Positions 24,860 to 37,513 of a stretch of 64,000 nucleotides of DNA are shown piece by piece. This DNA comes from Tubulanus polymorphus. Its lineage: Eukaryota; Animalia; Nemertea. Positions within the stretch are counted from its first letter, which is position 1. Each line of letters starts with the position of its first letter. The stretch is taken from the NCBI RefSeq assembly GCF_964204645.1, contig NC_134034.1:7824962-7888961 (forward strand). The letters are read 5' to 3'. A model generated the notes under the pieces. That model worked only from the letters and a program-made list of their open reading frames with translations, made no database searches and was not told where the DNA came from. Position numbers and translations under genes: made by a program.

Positions 24860-25301
24860 TATGACTTTACGATTTGACTTATTTTCTGGTATGATAGGTT
24901 TATCATCATTGGAATCATCTTTATCATCAGATTTGAATTTTGATTTATATATTACACCGGATAATATAATAATTGTGATTAACCCAATTGTAATATATAA
25001 GTAATTATTATTCCCAGCATCAGAAGAATTAGATGGATTATTATTTAATAATAATAATAATAATTTATTTTCGTAAACCAGTTACGAGGTATCCAGTGCA
25101 AGCCAACAGGCTGTACATAAAATTAAGGCGCTGGAACCTTGTGCAGAATTTGAATCAATATCAGATAAAGTCTGTGATTCATTTATATCAGTTAATTTCT
25201 TTTTCTTAGCTTTTTTTTAATTCTGAAGATCTTTTACCTAATTCTCTTGCCCATTTAATTTGTTTCTCGGATCTAGGCTTCTTCTTAACACCATCACTCA
25301 T
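24860..25301 (-). pseudogene. Basic N-terminus, single-TM protein (homolog of 28952-29311 and 51350-51703)
   Basis: Sequence homology; interrupted by the retroposon tail. Confidence 0.7.
25047..25147 (-). mobile_element. Short 5'-truncated LINE/SINE 3' tail inserted in a Maverick gene
   Basis: Absent from copy C at the same site; minus strand ends AATAAA+(TTA)n; small stem-loop AGCC-AACA-GGCT; possible ATTT TSD. Confidence 0.7.
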
Positions 25302-25310
25302 TTATTTTAG

Positions 25311-25901
25311 TTAATTTTTGTTCTGATTCCTTTCTGTTTCACCGTTTGGTTGTAGTTCATCTGTTTCGTTCTTACCTGATATATATTCCATAGGCTTGAT
25401 ATTCGAAAATGTTATGACGCCAGTAGAAATTAATGTCATAACCGATCCTAATTGAAATGAAGCATATCTGACCCATTTTTGTAATTTAGTCATAACTAAA
25501 TAGTCATTTTTCAAATCACTATATATATCATTTTCATCATCAATTGGTATTAACTGGTTACATAACTTAGAATAACATTTGACAATACCATCTGAAAGAG
25601 AATCAATTATTCTAGCTAATCTAGTTTCTTCATAAATCTTAAAATATTTTATTACTTTATCTGGTTTCATAGCATCTAATTCTTGAAAAGTAATAGTCTT
25701 AGTTAAAAATTGTTTACACTTTCCGCTAGCAATCAATAGTTCAAGATGGTGTTTACAATATAAGTAGTATTCATAATCTATATTACAATTAACTTGAATA
25801 TTATTTTCAATTTTGGTTGGAATATCCTTAATATCACTAATACCTAAATCATCTAATGTTTTTTCAATATCAATACTATTCTTACTCGATTTCTTTGACA
25901 T
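25311..25901 (-). CDS. 196-aa conserved Maverick protein, unknown function
   Basis: Intact ORF, homolog 51696-52298. Confidence 0.75.
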   Translation of the reverse strand: MSKKSSKNSIDIEKTLDDLGISDIKDIPTKIENNIQVNCNIDYEYYLYCKHHLELLIASGKCKQFLTKTITFQELDAMKPDKVIKYFKIYEETRLARIIDSLSDGIVKCYSKLCNQLIPIDDENDIYSDLKNDYLVMTKLQKWVRYASFQLGSVMTLISTGVITFSNIKPMEYISGKNETDELQPNGETERNQNKN

Positions 25902-26159
25902 TTATATTAGAGAAATTTAATAAGAAAAATATTATAAGTATTATAAAATGATACCAGTATCTCTTTAGATTAATACTAGCTTAGTTAAAGGTAAAGAATT
26001 TTAGTATTAGTTATTGTTTTTTTAGTATTTTTTATTTGTGATATAAAGTATTCTTTTTTGAAAAGAAAATATTAAAAAAACAATAACTAATACTAGCTAG
26101 TTGAAGATATGTAATTTTTAATACTTTTTATTTAAAATCTATTATTCTTTAACCACTCA

Positions 26160-26814
26160 TTAAAGATTCAACGTATTGTTCATTATTTGGATCATTGTTC
26201 CATTGATCAATAAATTTCTTTGCCTTTGTTAACTGTTCTAAATATAACTGTAAATCTAGTTTATTAGATTTGATTTTATTTTCCTTCTTTTCTAAAGGTC
26301 TTTAATTCTTCCAACCCCAAATTAGTTTTTTATTGTATTCATCATTCATGTTAAATTTAGATATTGGTAACGTATGATCAATATGAAAGTATTCACCATA
26401 ATTATCTATATTCATTTTATCGTCGAATTTATATATTATCCATGATATGAAAAATTCATCTGAACAACCCAATAAATTAGATAGTGTTTCTGAATGTGTT
26501 TCTTTGTTGAATAATTTTGTTAATCTAGTCCTTAAACATTGTTACAATCTAAAATTAAGATCTGTTTGATATCTTCCTCTCATATATTCTGCCATATAAT
26601 AATTATAATGTTCTATATTATCTTCTCGATATTGTTTGGTATATAGTTTAGTGCAAGTTTTACAACAATATTGAAAACCATCTTTGCTAATCTTACGCTC
26701 ACTAAATTCTGTTAATGATTTATCTAATTCACATTTAGAACACTTCTTGTAATATATATTTATAACACCAGCGTTATTTGTAATATTGATAGTTTGTGGT
26801 TGTTCTGGTTCCAT
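26160..26814 (-). pseudogene. HNH endonuclease-like protein with N-terminal CxxC..CxxC finger, copy B
   Basis: KKCSKC..CKTC; FHIDHTLP..NLRPL...EN..KSNK; internal stop. Confidence 0.75.
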
Positions 26815-26865
26815 TTATTATACATATTTTTTACTAAATTGAACATAACACTTACCTCTCAACGC

Positions 26866-27165
26866 GTCCCGCCACGTGTGAGTCCCACCACGTGTGAGTC
26901 CCACCACGCGTGAGTCCCGCCTATTCATACTACTCAACAGTGGGGAAAACCCAGCTGCGTGTTGAGACTTGTAAATTATTAGGCTTGTGATTGGCTAGTG
27001 TAATAGGGAATACTCAACTGTGATTGGCTAGAGTAATACTCAACTGTGATTGGATAGATTAATAGTAAAATACTCAACTGTGATTGGCTGGAAATACTCA
27101 ACTGTGATTGGCTGGAAATACTCAACTGTGATTGGCTAGAGTAGTACTCAACTGTGATTGGCTAA
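26866..27165 (-). promoter_or_regulatory. Subterminal array: 16-bp CACGTG-type repeats plus seven CCAAT boxes upstream of the HNH gene
   Basis: GTCCCACCACGTGTGA-like unit x~3.5 (two perfect CACGTG); TACTCAACTGTGATTGGCT-like repeats; regulatory role is inferred. Confidence 0.5.
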
Positions 27166-27260
27166 TGTAGTTTTCTAGATGTGTGGTTCTAGAATCAACA
27201 TGTAATACGCAATACTCAACGTGTTGAGGCTTGTAAATTATGAGAATTGTGATGAGATAG

Positions 27261-27454
27261 AGTAATAGGGGTTTAGTTGTTTCATATCAAAGGTTGAGAG
27301 GTTGATAAATTTTCCAAATGTTAAAATAATAATAATTTCTATTTGAATTAGGAGTGTACGCGACTAATTCAAGTAGAAATTATTGTTATTTTCACATTTG
27401 GAAAATTTCTCGACCTCTCGACCTTTGGTATGAAACAACTAAACCCCTATTACT
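27261..27454. repeat. Right-terminal hairpin of copy B (~90-bp imperfect arms)
   Basis: AGTAATAGGGGTTTAGTTGTTTCATA... mirrored by ...TATGAAACAACTAAACCCCTATTACT. Confidence 0.9.
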
Positions 27455-27863
27455 GACGTACACTATCCCAGAAGCCGTCGATACAATAAAATCGTGCCGT
27501 GAAAGAAATCCGTCGACCATTGTCTATCATGTTGGATCTTATGATATTCGTAATAGTGGAAATGCAGAAACATGCATAGGTAAAATGATAGATCTGGTGA
27601 ATTGTACAAAAAACAGATATCCGGACTCGAAAATTGTTATTTCACATGTACCTCCGCGATTCGATGATATCGGCTTGGACGTTGAAGGAAGACTTCTGAA
27701 CGCAACAATTGACTCACTTGCGCGAAATGATCCTAACACTCTGACGGTTAGGCATCACAATCTCAACAACCGGCGCTTCTACAGAGATTCTATTCACCTG
27801 AGTAGATCCGACGGAATCAAGCTCTTCGCGAGAAACTTAGCCAGAGTCGTCAGAAAATCCTAG
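27455..27863 (+). pseudogene. LINE ORF1 C-terminal SGNH esterase-like domain
   Basis: IVYHVGSYDI and RDSIHLS motifs directly upstream of an APE domain, as in CR1/L2-group LINEs. Confidence 0.75.
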
Positions 27864-27916
27864 GGACAATATAACCTAGCTCGAGGAATTTAGGTATCAG
27901 TGTTATTTAATCCATA

Positions 27917-28850
27917 ATGCTCAATATTTGCCACTGGAATATCCAGGGCTTGGGCAATGACTTCGTCAATAAGGCTAAGGATGACTTGTTTAGAAAGCAA
28001 ATAGTACCATATGATATAATTTGTGTAACAGAATCCTATACTAGTATAAATGACTGTGATAAGTATGACTTACCTGGATTTGGTATGGTACACTCATCCA
28101 GAATCAAAAGTAATAATACCCATCGGGCATTTGGAGGTATAGTTGTGTATATCAGGAACTCTGTGAAAAACTGTATTAAAGTAGTGGAAAATCCCTCATC
28201 TGAAATCATCTGGTTCAAAGTCAATAAAGGCCATGATAGAAAACCCATGTATCTGGCATTCTGTTATCTAAGCCCTCTTAATTCGACCTATGGTGCGAAA
28301 CATTCAGACGAAAACTTTCAACTCCTGGAAAAAAGCTGCACCAAGTACTCCAGTCTTGGAGATGTCATGTTAGTGGGGGATTTTAATGCCCGCACATCAG
28401 TTCAAGATGAAAACTTTCAGCTTGATTCATCCGATTTTGAATTCATACCAAATATTGACAACCTATGTAATCAAAAAAGTGTAACGGGTGTTCCTGGTCG
28501 TAGAAATAAGGATAAATATAACAACAAAATGGGCCAAAACATCATTGAGATGTGTAAGTCCCTTAACATGTTTATTTTAAATGGTAGAGCACCTCGAGAT
28601 CCACTTGGTGAATTTACTTGCCACCAGTATAATGGCAGCAGTACAGTAGATCTGGGGATTGTAAATGCAGGATTGTATCGATATATCAATTATTTCTATG
28701 TTCATAAAGCCTGTCAGAACTGTCAGATCACTGTCCGATCGGAATTGGTATTGATATCCATACGCCCAAAACTGAGTACCAAATTAAGTAAATTCAAATT
28801 AAGCATAAGGCCACTGGAGAATAAGCAATAAGCGGAATAATGACATTAAT
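27917..28850 (+). mobile_element. LINE ORF2 apurinic-type endonuclease domain (CR1/L2 group), RT missing
   Basis: HWNIQGL, VTES, GGIVVY, LVGDFNART, TVDLG, and frameshifted LSDHCPI. Confidence 0.88.
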
Positions 28851-28951
28851 TTCTACTGGCGTTATAACATTTTCTAATATCAAACCTATAGAGTATAAAG
28901 ATAAAAATAAATCAGAAGATATTGAAACAGAACACAAATTAACTAAAATAA

Positions 28952-29311
28952 ATGAGTGATGATATTAAGAAGAAGCCTAGATCTGAAAAACAAGTACAGT
29001 GGGCAAAGGAGTTGGGGAAAAGATCTTCAGAATTGAAAAGAGCTAAGAAAAAGAAATTAACTGATATAAATGAATCACAGAAATTATCTGATATTAATTC
29101 GAATGATAACCCATCTAATTATTCGAATACTGGAAGAAATAATTACTTATATATTACAATTGGATTAATCACAGTAATTATATTCTCTGGTGTAATGTAT
29201 AAATCTAAATCTAATAACAATAATGATGATAATGATAAACCTATTATACCAGATAATAAGTCAAATGATAAAGTCATTGAAAATAAACCAAGATTATTAT
29301 TAATGGATTAA
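28952..29311 (+). CDS. 119-aa basic single-TM protein
   Basis: Intact ORF; YLYITIGLITVIIFSGVMY helix. Confidence 0.7.
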   Translation: MSDDIKKKPRSEKQVQWAKELGKRSSELKRAKKKKLTDINESQKLSDINSNDNPSNYSNTGRNNYLYITIGLITVIIFSGVMYKSKSNNNNDDNDKPIIPDNKSNDKVIENKPRLLLMD

Positions 29312-29317
29312 AATCAG

Positions 29318-30981
29318 ATGAAAAAAGAACAATATTTAAGAGATTTATATTATAACCCAGAGAGTGAAGTATCATATTCTAGTGTTACAGAATTATGGGA
29401 TAAAATAAAATTTAATAATGAAAATATAAAATATAGTGAATTAAGATTATGGTTACAAAATCAACCAACATATCAAATCCATAAGAAAATGGATAAAAAT
29501 TATTTAACAAGAAAAGTTATGGTTTCATATATTGATCACTAATGGCAAGCAGATTTAATTGATATGAAAAACTTAGAAGAATACAATAAACAATATTTTT
29601 GGATATTTAATGTTATAGATATATTCAGTAGATACGCATGTAGTATACCAATCAAGAAAAAAACTGGTTTAGAAGTTACTAATGCTTTTAAAAATATATT
29701 TAAAGAAGCTATCCCAGATAAGATACAATTTGATGAAGGTTAAGAATTATATAAGAAACATATAAAAAAATTATTATCTGATAACGATGTAGAGTATTTT
29801 TCAACACACTTGGATAAAAATGCATCTATTATAGAAAGATTTAATAAAACATTGAAAACTAGAATGTGGAAATATTTTACTGCTAATGGAACATATTAAT
29901 AAATCGATGATTTAGTGAAATGTTATAATGATTCTAAACATAGTTCTATAAATATGAAACCAATAAATGCTAGAAAAGAAGATAATTCAGAAGTTGTTTG
30001 GAATAATTTATATGGTGCATTTGTTACACATGATTTTGGAGAACCTAAATTTAAAATTGGACAACATGTTAGAATATCTAAATATAGAAAAACATTTTAT
30101 AAAGGTTAAACCCCAAATTTATAACCAACTGTGGTAAAACATATTTTGTATTAGATTTGTTAGAAACTATTTATAAAAATCATTTTGATTATATGATATT
30201 ATTCTGTCCTACTTATGAAATGAATAAAGCATATAATAGGGATATAGTTAAGATGAAAAGGTTTATTATATTAGATCCTTAAACAGTAAAAGAAAATTTA
30301 GATAATTGTATAAAAATTGCATTAGATATTTATAAAGGATCAAATACATTATTCATTATAGGTGATTGTTTACGATGTAGAGTATTTTTCAACACACTTG
30401 GATAAAAATGCATCTATTATAGAAAGATTTAATAAAACATTGAAAACTAGAATGTGGAAATATTTTACTGCTAATGGAACATATTAATATATCGATGATT
30501 TAGTGAAATGTTATAATGATTCTAAACATAGTTCTATAAATATGAAACCAATAAATGCTAGAAAAGAAGATAATTCAGAAGTTGTTTGGAATAATTTATA
30601 TGGTGCATTTGTTACACATGATTTTGGAGAACCTAAATTTAAAATTGGACAACATGTTAGAATATCTAAATATAGAAAAACATTTTAAAAAGGTTAAACC
30701 CCAAATTTTACAGAAGAAATATTGAAGATTAAAAAGATAATATTAACTAAACCATTTGTTTATAAATTAGAAGATTTAAAAGATGAAGAAATATTAGGTA
30801 TTTTTATGAACGAGAATTATCAATTGTACCTAATCCAGATGAAATAGAATACACAATAGAAAAAGTATTAAAAACAAAAACTCTTTAAGGAAAAAAGTAT
30901 TCTTTGGTGAAATATAAAGGGTACGATGATAAATTTAATGAATGGATTTTATCTAGTAAAATTAAAGGAATAAATGAATAA
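29318..30981 (+). pseudogene. Retroviral-type DDE integrase with chromodomain, copy D, with internal duplication
   Basis: WQADLIDM, IDIFSRY, QFDEGKE, IIERFNKTLK, LVKYKGY..NEWI. Confidence 0.9.
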
Positions 30982-31585
30982 AGATTTATTTATATTTGAG
31001 TCACATACTATGTTAGTTACTGGAGTAACCAACTGTGGTAAAACATATTTTGTATTAGATTTGTTAGAAACTATTTATAAAAATCATTTTGATTATATGA
31101 TATTATTCTGTCCTACTTATGAAATGAATAAAACATATAATAGGGATATAGTTAAGATGAAAAGGTTTATTATATTAGATCCTTAAACAGTAAAAGAAAA
31201 TTTAGATAATTGTATAAAAATTGCATTAGATATTTATAAAGGATCAAATACATTATTCATTATAGGTGATTGTGCAAATTTGCATGATTCAAAAGTAGGA
31301 GAAAGTGATTTGTGCTATTTAGCTTTCTCTGGTAGATATATTGGGATAACAACATGGGTTTTAAATCAAAAATATAATTCAATTGTTAAAGACTTTACGG
31401 AGAATATAAGATTTTTAGTTTTATTCGACGATAAAGATAGAAAATCTATGCAACAATCTCTGGAAGAAAATCAAATTATACCTACTGAATTACATGATGA
31501 ATATATGAATAAATTAAAGAATAATAAAGGTTCAAAATTACTTCTGAGACTACAATTTCCATATGAATATAAATTTATAAAATAA
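30974..31585 (+). pseudogene. Packaging ATPase, copy D
   Basis: GVTNCGKT Walker A; internal stop. Confidence 0.9.
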
Positions 31586-31924
31586 AATCATAATTTAAGC
31601 ATTTATGTATAAGATACGTATTAGATACCTTAATACGTAAAAGATACGTATTAGATACCTTAATACTTAAATTCCCCCTTTTTGAAATAAATATTATTTA
31701 TTTTAATTTTTCAACTAATATATTTTTATATTTTCAACTAATATATGAATAGGTTTGAAAATAATAATGTAAGTTATAACATATGTCAATTAATACATAT
31801 CAGATACATAAATACTTAAATACGTATTAAATACCTTAATACGTATTAAATACGTATTAGATACCTTAATACTTAAAACCCCCTTTTTATTAACTGTTAT
31901 TTTATACCATTTTCAACTAATATA

Positions 31925-32785
31925 TTATGTGAGTTTGTAATAATAAACATCATTTTCATCAGCATCCTCCAATTCATCATCAGACTCTAACATTTCATTC
32001 AACCTATCTATCGGATCATCATAAGTTTCTTCATTATAATCCGTTTTCATCCTATCTACCGCATCATTAATAGTTACTACTTTACGTTTCGTCCAGTCTG
32101 TTTCTATATTTCCTGCTTTCAGTTTCATATAATCTTCATTATCAATATGCTTTCCTGTAACTATATTTTCCTTATCTTCTTTCTTAGTGTTTGGCCTTAA
32201 TATTTTATTTACAATGTTTGATCCTAATATTTTATTAGCATCAGTTAAATCTAATTCATCTATACTGAGTTCAGGTTCCTTTGATAAAAATTCGCCTAAT
32301 AAATCTTTATATAAATCTTCACCATTTACTTTTTTATTTGAAACAAACTTTGTAACATATCTAAATGGGTGTTCTATAAACTCTCTTAAACTAACACGTT
32401 TTATAACATTAGTAATATGTACAGTTGTATTCATATGGTTATTCGAATTTGATGGGCTGTTTAAAAATTCACCTTTACAATAACCACAATAACTTCTTTT
32501 TTCACTATAATTTAAAATTATTTCATTATTACATGTAGAATGTAAAACATTATCAGATGTAGAAGGTAAAACATTATCAGATGTAGAAGGAATAACATTA
32601 TTATCAATTTCATTTCTTAAATTATCAACAACGGCACTTTTATTATTATCTATTTTACTCATTCTATATTTGAATTGATTAAAGTATTGTCCAAAATACT
32701 CACTGTATTCATCATAAGGTATTATATAATATATATCTGATATCATTTCACTTGGACTTTGTATTTCATATATTCCTCCTTCCAT
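31925..32785 (-). CDS. 286-aa zinc-finger protein with PSTS repeats, copy D
   Basis: Intact ORF; core homologous to 48636-49418, different termini. Confidence 0.75.
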   Translation of the reverse strand: MEGGIYEIQSPSEMISDIYYIIPYDEYSEYFGQYFNQFKYRMSKIDNNKSAVVDNLRNEIDNNVIPSTSDNVLPSTSDNVLHSTCNNEIILNYSEKRSYCGYCKGEFLNSPSNSNNHMNTTVHITNVIKRVSLREFIEHPFRYVTKFVSNKKVNGEDLYKDLLGEFLSKEPELSIDELDLTDANKILGSNIVNKILRPNTKKEDKENIVTGKHIDNEDYMKLKAGNIETDWTKRKVVTINDAVDRMKTDYNEETYDDPIDRLNEMLESDDELEDADENDVYYYKLT

Positions 32786-32817
32786 TTATTATAAAAAGTT
32801 TTATTAGAATTAAAATT

Positions 32818-34062
32818 CTAATACATAACACTATTCAATTGAGAATTTATGATATTTAATTGCGCGTCAGATATAAGATAAATGTGCATTTTATAATTTA
32901 AACCTCCTTTTTTCTTTTTCATGAATAATTGTATTCCATCTTTAGTGGTCTGTCATTTCTTCCCAGAACCATGTAATAAGTTATCCTCTGTTGTTCTAAA
33001 ATCTAACCATAGTGCATATTTATTACCGTTATAATAATCTATTTGATTAATATTACAATTTTCAGATGATTTTACTTTTTCATTCATAAAATATTTTCTA
33101 ATTTCTGGCCACTGATCAATAATTCTCATTCCCTGGCAAAATATCTCATTTGCTATGCCTTCAATTGTTATTTCTACTTTTGATATTTCCGGATTATAAT
33201 AATTATCAACATTTATTGCGCCATGAGAATATGTTGCAATTGTAAAAAATATTAATACGCTTTTAATAGATCTTCTTGGGAAGTTAATATTCTCATAGAT
33301 TATTTCATCATTTCCATTAATAGTTACAGTTTTAAATTTATCAATATAATCATATAATAATGAAAATCCTTAATTATATTGAGTGTGAATTGTGCTCGCA
33401 ATATTTTCATCAGTTACTGTATCATATTCTAAACATATATTCGATAATTTATAACCCATATCTTTAACAACGCTAGATAATACAATTTCATTAACAGGAG
33501 CAAATGTTATTTCGAATATAATGTCTTCTTGTATACCATATTTATATAAAGGCGCATTATTATTTATCAATTCAAAATCTAATGGAACTTTATATTTGCT
33601 TCAATAAATCTTTTTTTTCAAATTTTCTGCGGCTCGAGTTACTATTGCGTCATTAGCTCCTGATCTTAATTTATTATGGTTTTTTGATTGGATGCATTGA
33701 AATATCATATTATTTCCATTTTCTTTAACCATAAATCTTTATAATGCATAAATAAATTATAATCCTCTAATGAAAAAATAACCACCGGACCGATCTTTAC
33801 AATTAATTTGATATACAAATATCTCCCAACATTATCTACAACATAATTATTATTATTACCAGTTACATTTATATCAGCCGATAGATAGATACTATTTGGA
33901 ACATAAAAAGTATTTTGATTTTATCTCGCGGGATCTAACATATAAAGTTTCATCAGGATTAATATTAGAAGGATTATGGGTAATAATATGATGAGATCTC
34001 TCTGCTTTAATAGCATTAGATATTCTAGAATTCTTAGAAGGATTTATATAACTACCACTCAT
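32818..34062 (-). pseudogene. Major capsid protein, copy D
   Basis: Homolog of 47338-48603. Confidence 0.7.
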
Positions 34063-34082
34063 TTATTTAACAAAAAATTATT

Positions 34083-35556
34083 ATTTATTTTTTATCATAT
34101 TCACTTACCCAAAAATAACAGCAATAATAGCACTTACAACTGTAATTAAAAATAAGATAATATGTTCAGCAGCAAAGTTAAGAATATTTCCAGCAGATCT
34201 CAAAACAAAACGAACAATTGATGCAATAATTCCGGGTAAAGCTGCAGCAGATTTTTTAGATAGTTCCCATAAATATTTTGCTAATTTCTTTGAACCATCT
34301 TAAACTTTATCTTGTATAGAATTATTATTATTCGGTGGTTTTTCCCGGTGGTTTAGGACTTGGTGTAGATTTTAATGAATTTGATATTGCTAAACCAATT
34401 GTTGTAAATATCATAGTTACATCTGTTAGAATTGAAAGAATTGTGATACCTTCTAATTTAAATAATAATTTCATTCTATCTTTTATTGATATTTCAGAAT
34501 TTGGTTTTATCAGCAAATTTTTAAAAATAACTTTTATTCTATTAATATTATAATCATATGATTTTAATAATGATTTAATCTCTTCTTTCTGAAATTCTAT
34601 GTTATATTAAATATCATCTTTTTCTTTTTCTAATTAAGCATTTCTTTTTATAAATTCAATTTCTTCAATAACTTTATTATCTCTATCTAATTCTAATTGT
34701 TCTATTTCTTTAATTTTATCAGTTCCATCTTTTTCTAAAGTTCTAATTTTAAAATCTCTTATACTTTTATCATGCGCAATTTTATCAGATGCAAGTCTTA
34801 TACTAATAATTTCTCTAATTGCTTTATCAGAAAAAATATTTAAATCTTCTAATTCTTGATCTGTTGCATCTATTAATCCTTTCGGTAAAAGTTTTTTAAT
34901 GGAACTTTATTTGATTTAAGTTTACTAGTTTTGGAAGTTATATTCTCTTGAGAGGTTGTTTCTGTTTCTAAATTATTATTGATTATTTAAAATAATTCAT
35001 TAATTCTTTGTTTAAATACTCTTTTATTTTGATTTATTCATGTGTCGGTAACATTTTCTATTCCATTACTATTACTTATTTTTTTAATTCTAGATGGTTC
35101 TAAATTACTCAAAGTTGATTCTACTAATATTTGTTTTGCTTTTTATAAGTGATATTAATATAATAATCATCTTTCAAATGATAATAATATTCCCCATCTA
35201 AAGAATTAATTCTTTCAATTCTTGTACTAAAAGTCTAGCACCTTTATTATTTATGTTATATCCAGATCTTTCAAATATAGGTTTGAAATGATAAATATAT
35301 TCAATATATTCTAAATTTTGTTTTACTAAATCTGGATTTTCATTTTCAGCATTTATTCCCGATCTAGTTTTTTTTTATCAAACTCGTCTGTTGATGGGCT
35401 TTTAGAGCCACTATCTGCTAAATTAGAATTATACGCTGATCCATCATCATTATCAATATTAGTTTCATTAAAATCAGGTTGTGGTTCATCATTATATCCA
35501 TCATTATTATTTCCCATTTCTCCCATTTCATAAGCGTCTCCACCTTCTACTTCCAT
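34083..35556 (-). pseudogene. Coiled-coil/hydrophobic C-terminus protein, copy D
   Basis: ORF pieces 35353-35556 and 34328-34516 homologous to B and C. Confidence 0.7.
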
Positions 35557-35577
35557 TTATATCTTATAAAAATTAAA

Positions 35578-36750
35578 ATTTAAAATATAATATTCCTCCA
35601 ATTACAATTCCTATACATATAAGTTATAGCGTTTGTCCGCGTATGTTCGGTTTCAAAGCTGAATCATATTTGACGTTTACACAGTGCTAGCATAATAGGT
35701 TCGAATCTGTCAATGCATTTTATTCTATGTATCGATATTTCAATTTACTACAATTCCCATCTTTCTGAATGGCTTTGCAGAAAACCTGTCATCGCTGCTT
35801 GGCAGCTATATTTGTTTTAATCATTTCATGCTGAATAATATCAGTTTTAATATTTTCTGATGTATTGTAATCTTTTATTTTAGAATCATTATTAAATTTA
35901 TTATTCTTAGTTTTAGTTTCTGTTGATTGAATATGTTTTTTAATTTTCTCACCTTCCATTAGTTTTGGAGCAGTGATGATTCCTTTAATTATGTCATTTA
36001 ATCCAAATGAATTATTTATTATTGCAGTTTTAATCAAACTATTATAACCAATTATATTCCCCATCTTTAATACTAAATGATTAGATATAATTAATAAATT
36101 TGGACCTATACAATAATCTAATCTTACATGAGATTTATCTAAATAATTTTGGTACCTGACTATATTTTCTGGAATCGATCTATTTTTATCATTATGAATA
36201 GAATCTTCAAATAAAACTTTAAATTGTTTCTGCGCGTAAAATGAAGTATTATCATTTCCAATTATTGGGGATCTTGTTTCAACTTGAGCGCCTAGAATCC
36301 AAATTAAATATATTCTAATAGATTGATTTATTCTTTGTATACCTGATTTTGTAAAACCTTCACTATTTTCTAAAATGAAATTAATCCAACCATTATTATT
36401 ATCAATTTTATAATTATGATAAGCTCCAATTCTATGCATATAATCAATTCTTTTTTTCATACTGTTCACCATGTAATGTACCATGCGCTCTAGAATCGGA
36501 ATTAATATTTATATTAAATTCATTACATATTTTGTAAAACTTAGATAGATTAATATTATTATCCAATTCTTTAAAATATTTCGATCCAGGTAAAGGGCAT
36601 TCTAATTCGTTTAATATAATTCTAATTTGAAAATATGTGTGAAATCTAAATATTGTATGAATGGATTTTAAATCAGAATAATTTGAATTTTTATCTAAGT
36701 TATTAAGATGATTGTTCTAACTTATACCACATCCTGTTGTTGCACAATCT
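35578..36750 (-). pseudogene. CATTGCG-motif protein, copy D (5' end deleted; foreign ~185-bp insert near the 3' end)
   Basis: ORF 35789-36484 homologous to 44785-45786. Confidence 0.7.
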
Positions 36751-37171
36751 ATATTGTAGATAAAGTAAAACATTTGTTTACCATAAATTTATTTTGTTCA
36801 GTAGATAACTTTATTCTTATTTTATTACAACGATCAATTTTGATAAATTTAATTCCAAATTCATCAGTACTCCCGATTTTCAACCGAGCTCTTCTTTTAA
36901 TTTCCTGCGCTAATGATTCTAAATTATATATTCCTGGTTTTAAAAATAGATGAAAGCATTTATTTTTATTTCTCATATAAATTGCAAAACCTCTATGTTC
37001 GAAAGTTTTATCCGATATATTATGAAAAGAATTACATAAACTTACATTTATTAATTTTAAATCTACACAATTTTTAAATTCTCTATCTAATTGTACTAGT
37101 AAATTATGAGATTTAGAATTTAATAGTTTTCTAAAATCAACATATATTCTATATTCTTTCAATTCTACCAT
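36749..37171 (-). pseudogene. Minor capsid N-terminal half, copy D, fused by deletion to a downstream gene
   Basis: MVELKEYRIYVD.. homology; the intervening small genes are missing. Confidence 0.7.
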
Positions 37172-37192
37172 TTATTTTACATACTTTTTCAT

Positions 37193-37488
37193 ATTATTCG
37201 AAATCTGTATCATGGTGCCATTTTTCATTCTTGCCCTTATATGTGAAATAGAAATCACCAGAACATAATTCTTCTAAATCTTTACTTGATAATCTATGAA
37301 ATCTATCTGGTAAATATGTTCTGAATTTGTATTTATTTCCTTTTAACCTTCATATTCTAAGTGAATTACTAATCTATCTCCATATTTGTTAGCAGCTGTA
37401 TCAATATTTGTAATTAAATATTTCTTATGAATTGTTAATTCTGTTAACTTTTTGAATTCATAATCTACTGATTTGACACTTGTAGTAT
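37193..37488 (-). pseudogene. ORF2, copy D, truncated by the left end of copy C
   Basis: Homology to 16289-16642. Confidence 0.75.
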
Positions 37489-37513
37489 ATTTTGCTCCAC
37501 TTCGCTACCGCTC

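Larger units (their letters stand above)
11258..27454 (+). mobile_element. Maverick/Polinton copy B (lacks left TIR; integrase mostly deleted; intein in pPolB)
   Basis: Gene order collinear with copy C; ends at ...CCCCTATTACT (27454). Confidence 0.92.
28880..37488 (-). mobile_element. Maverick/Polinton copy D (inverted orientation, both ends and pPolB missing, more diverged)
   Basis: Integrase, ATPase, MCP, mCP and ORF2 in mirrored gene order. Confidence 0.9.

Noticed and set aside
27354-27454. N-terminal part of the 169-aa ORF, and the similar ORFs at 58682-58867 and 63677-63871
   Set aside because: Read-through of Maverick terminal repeats into flanking DNA; the apparent homology is just TIR sequence
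2961-27460. Copies A+B as one intact element with a TSD
   Set aside because: Flanks differ (BEL/Pao on the left, LINE on the right), TIR types differ, and there is no duplication
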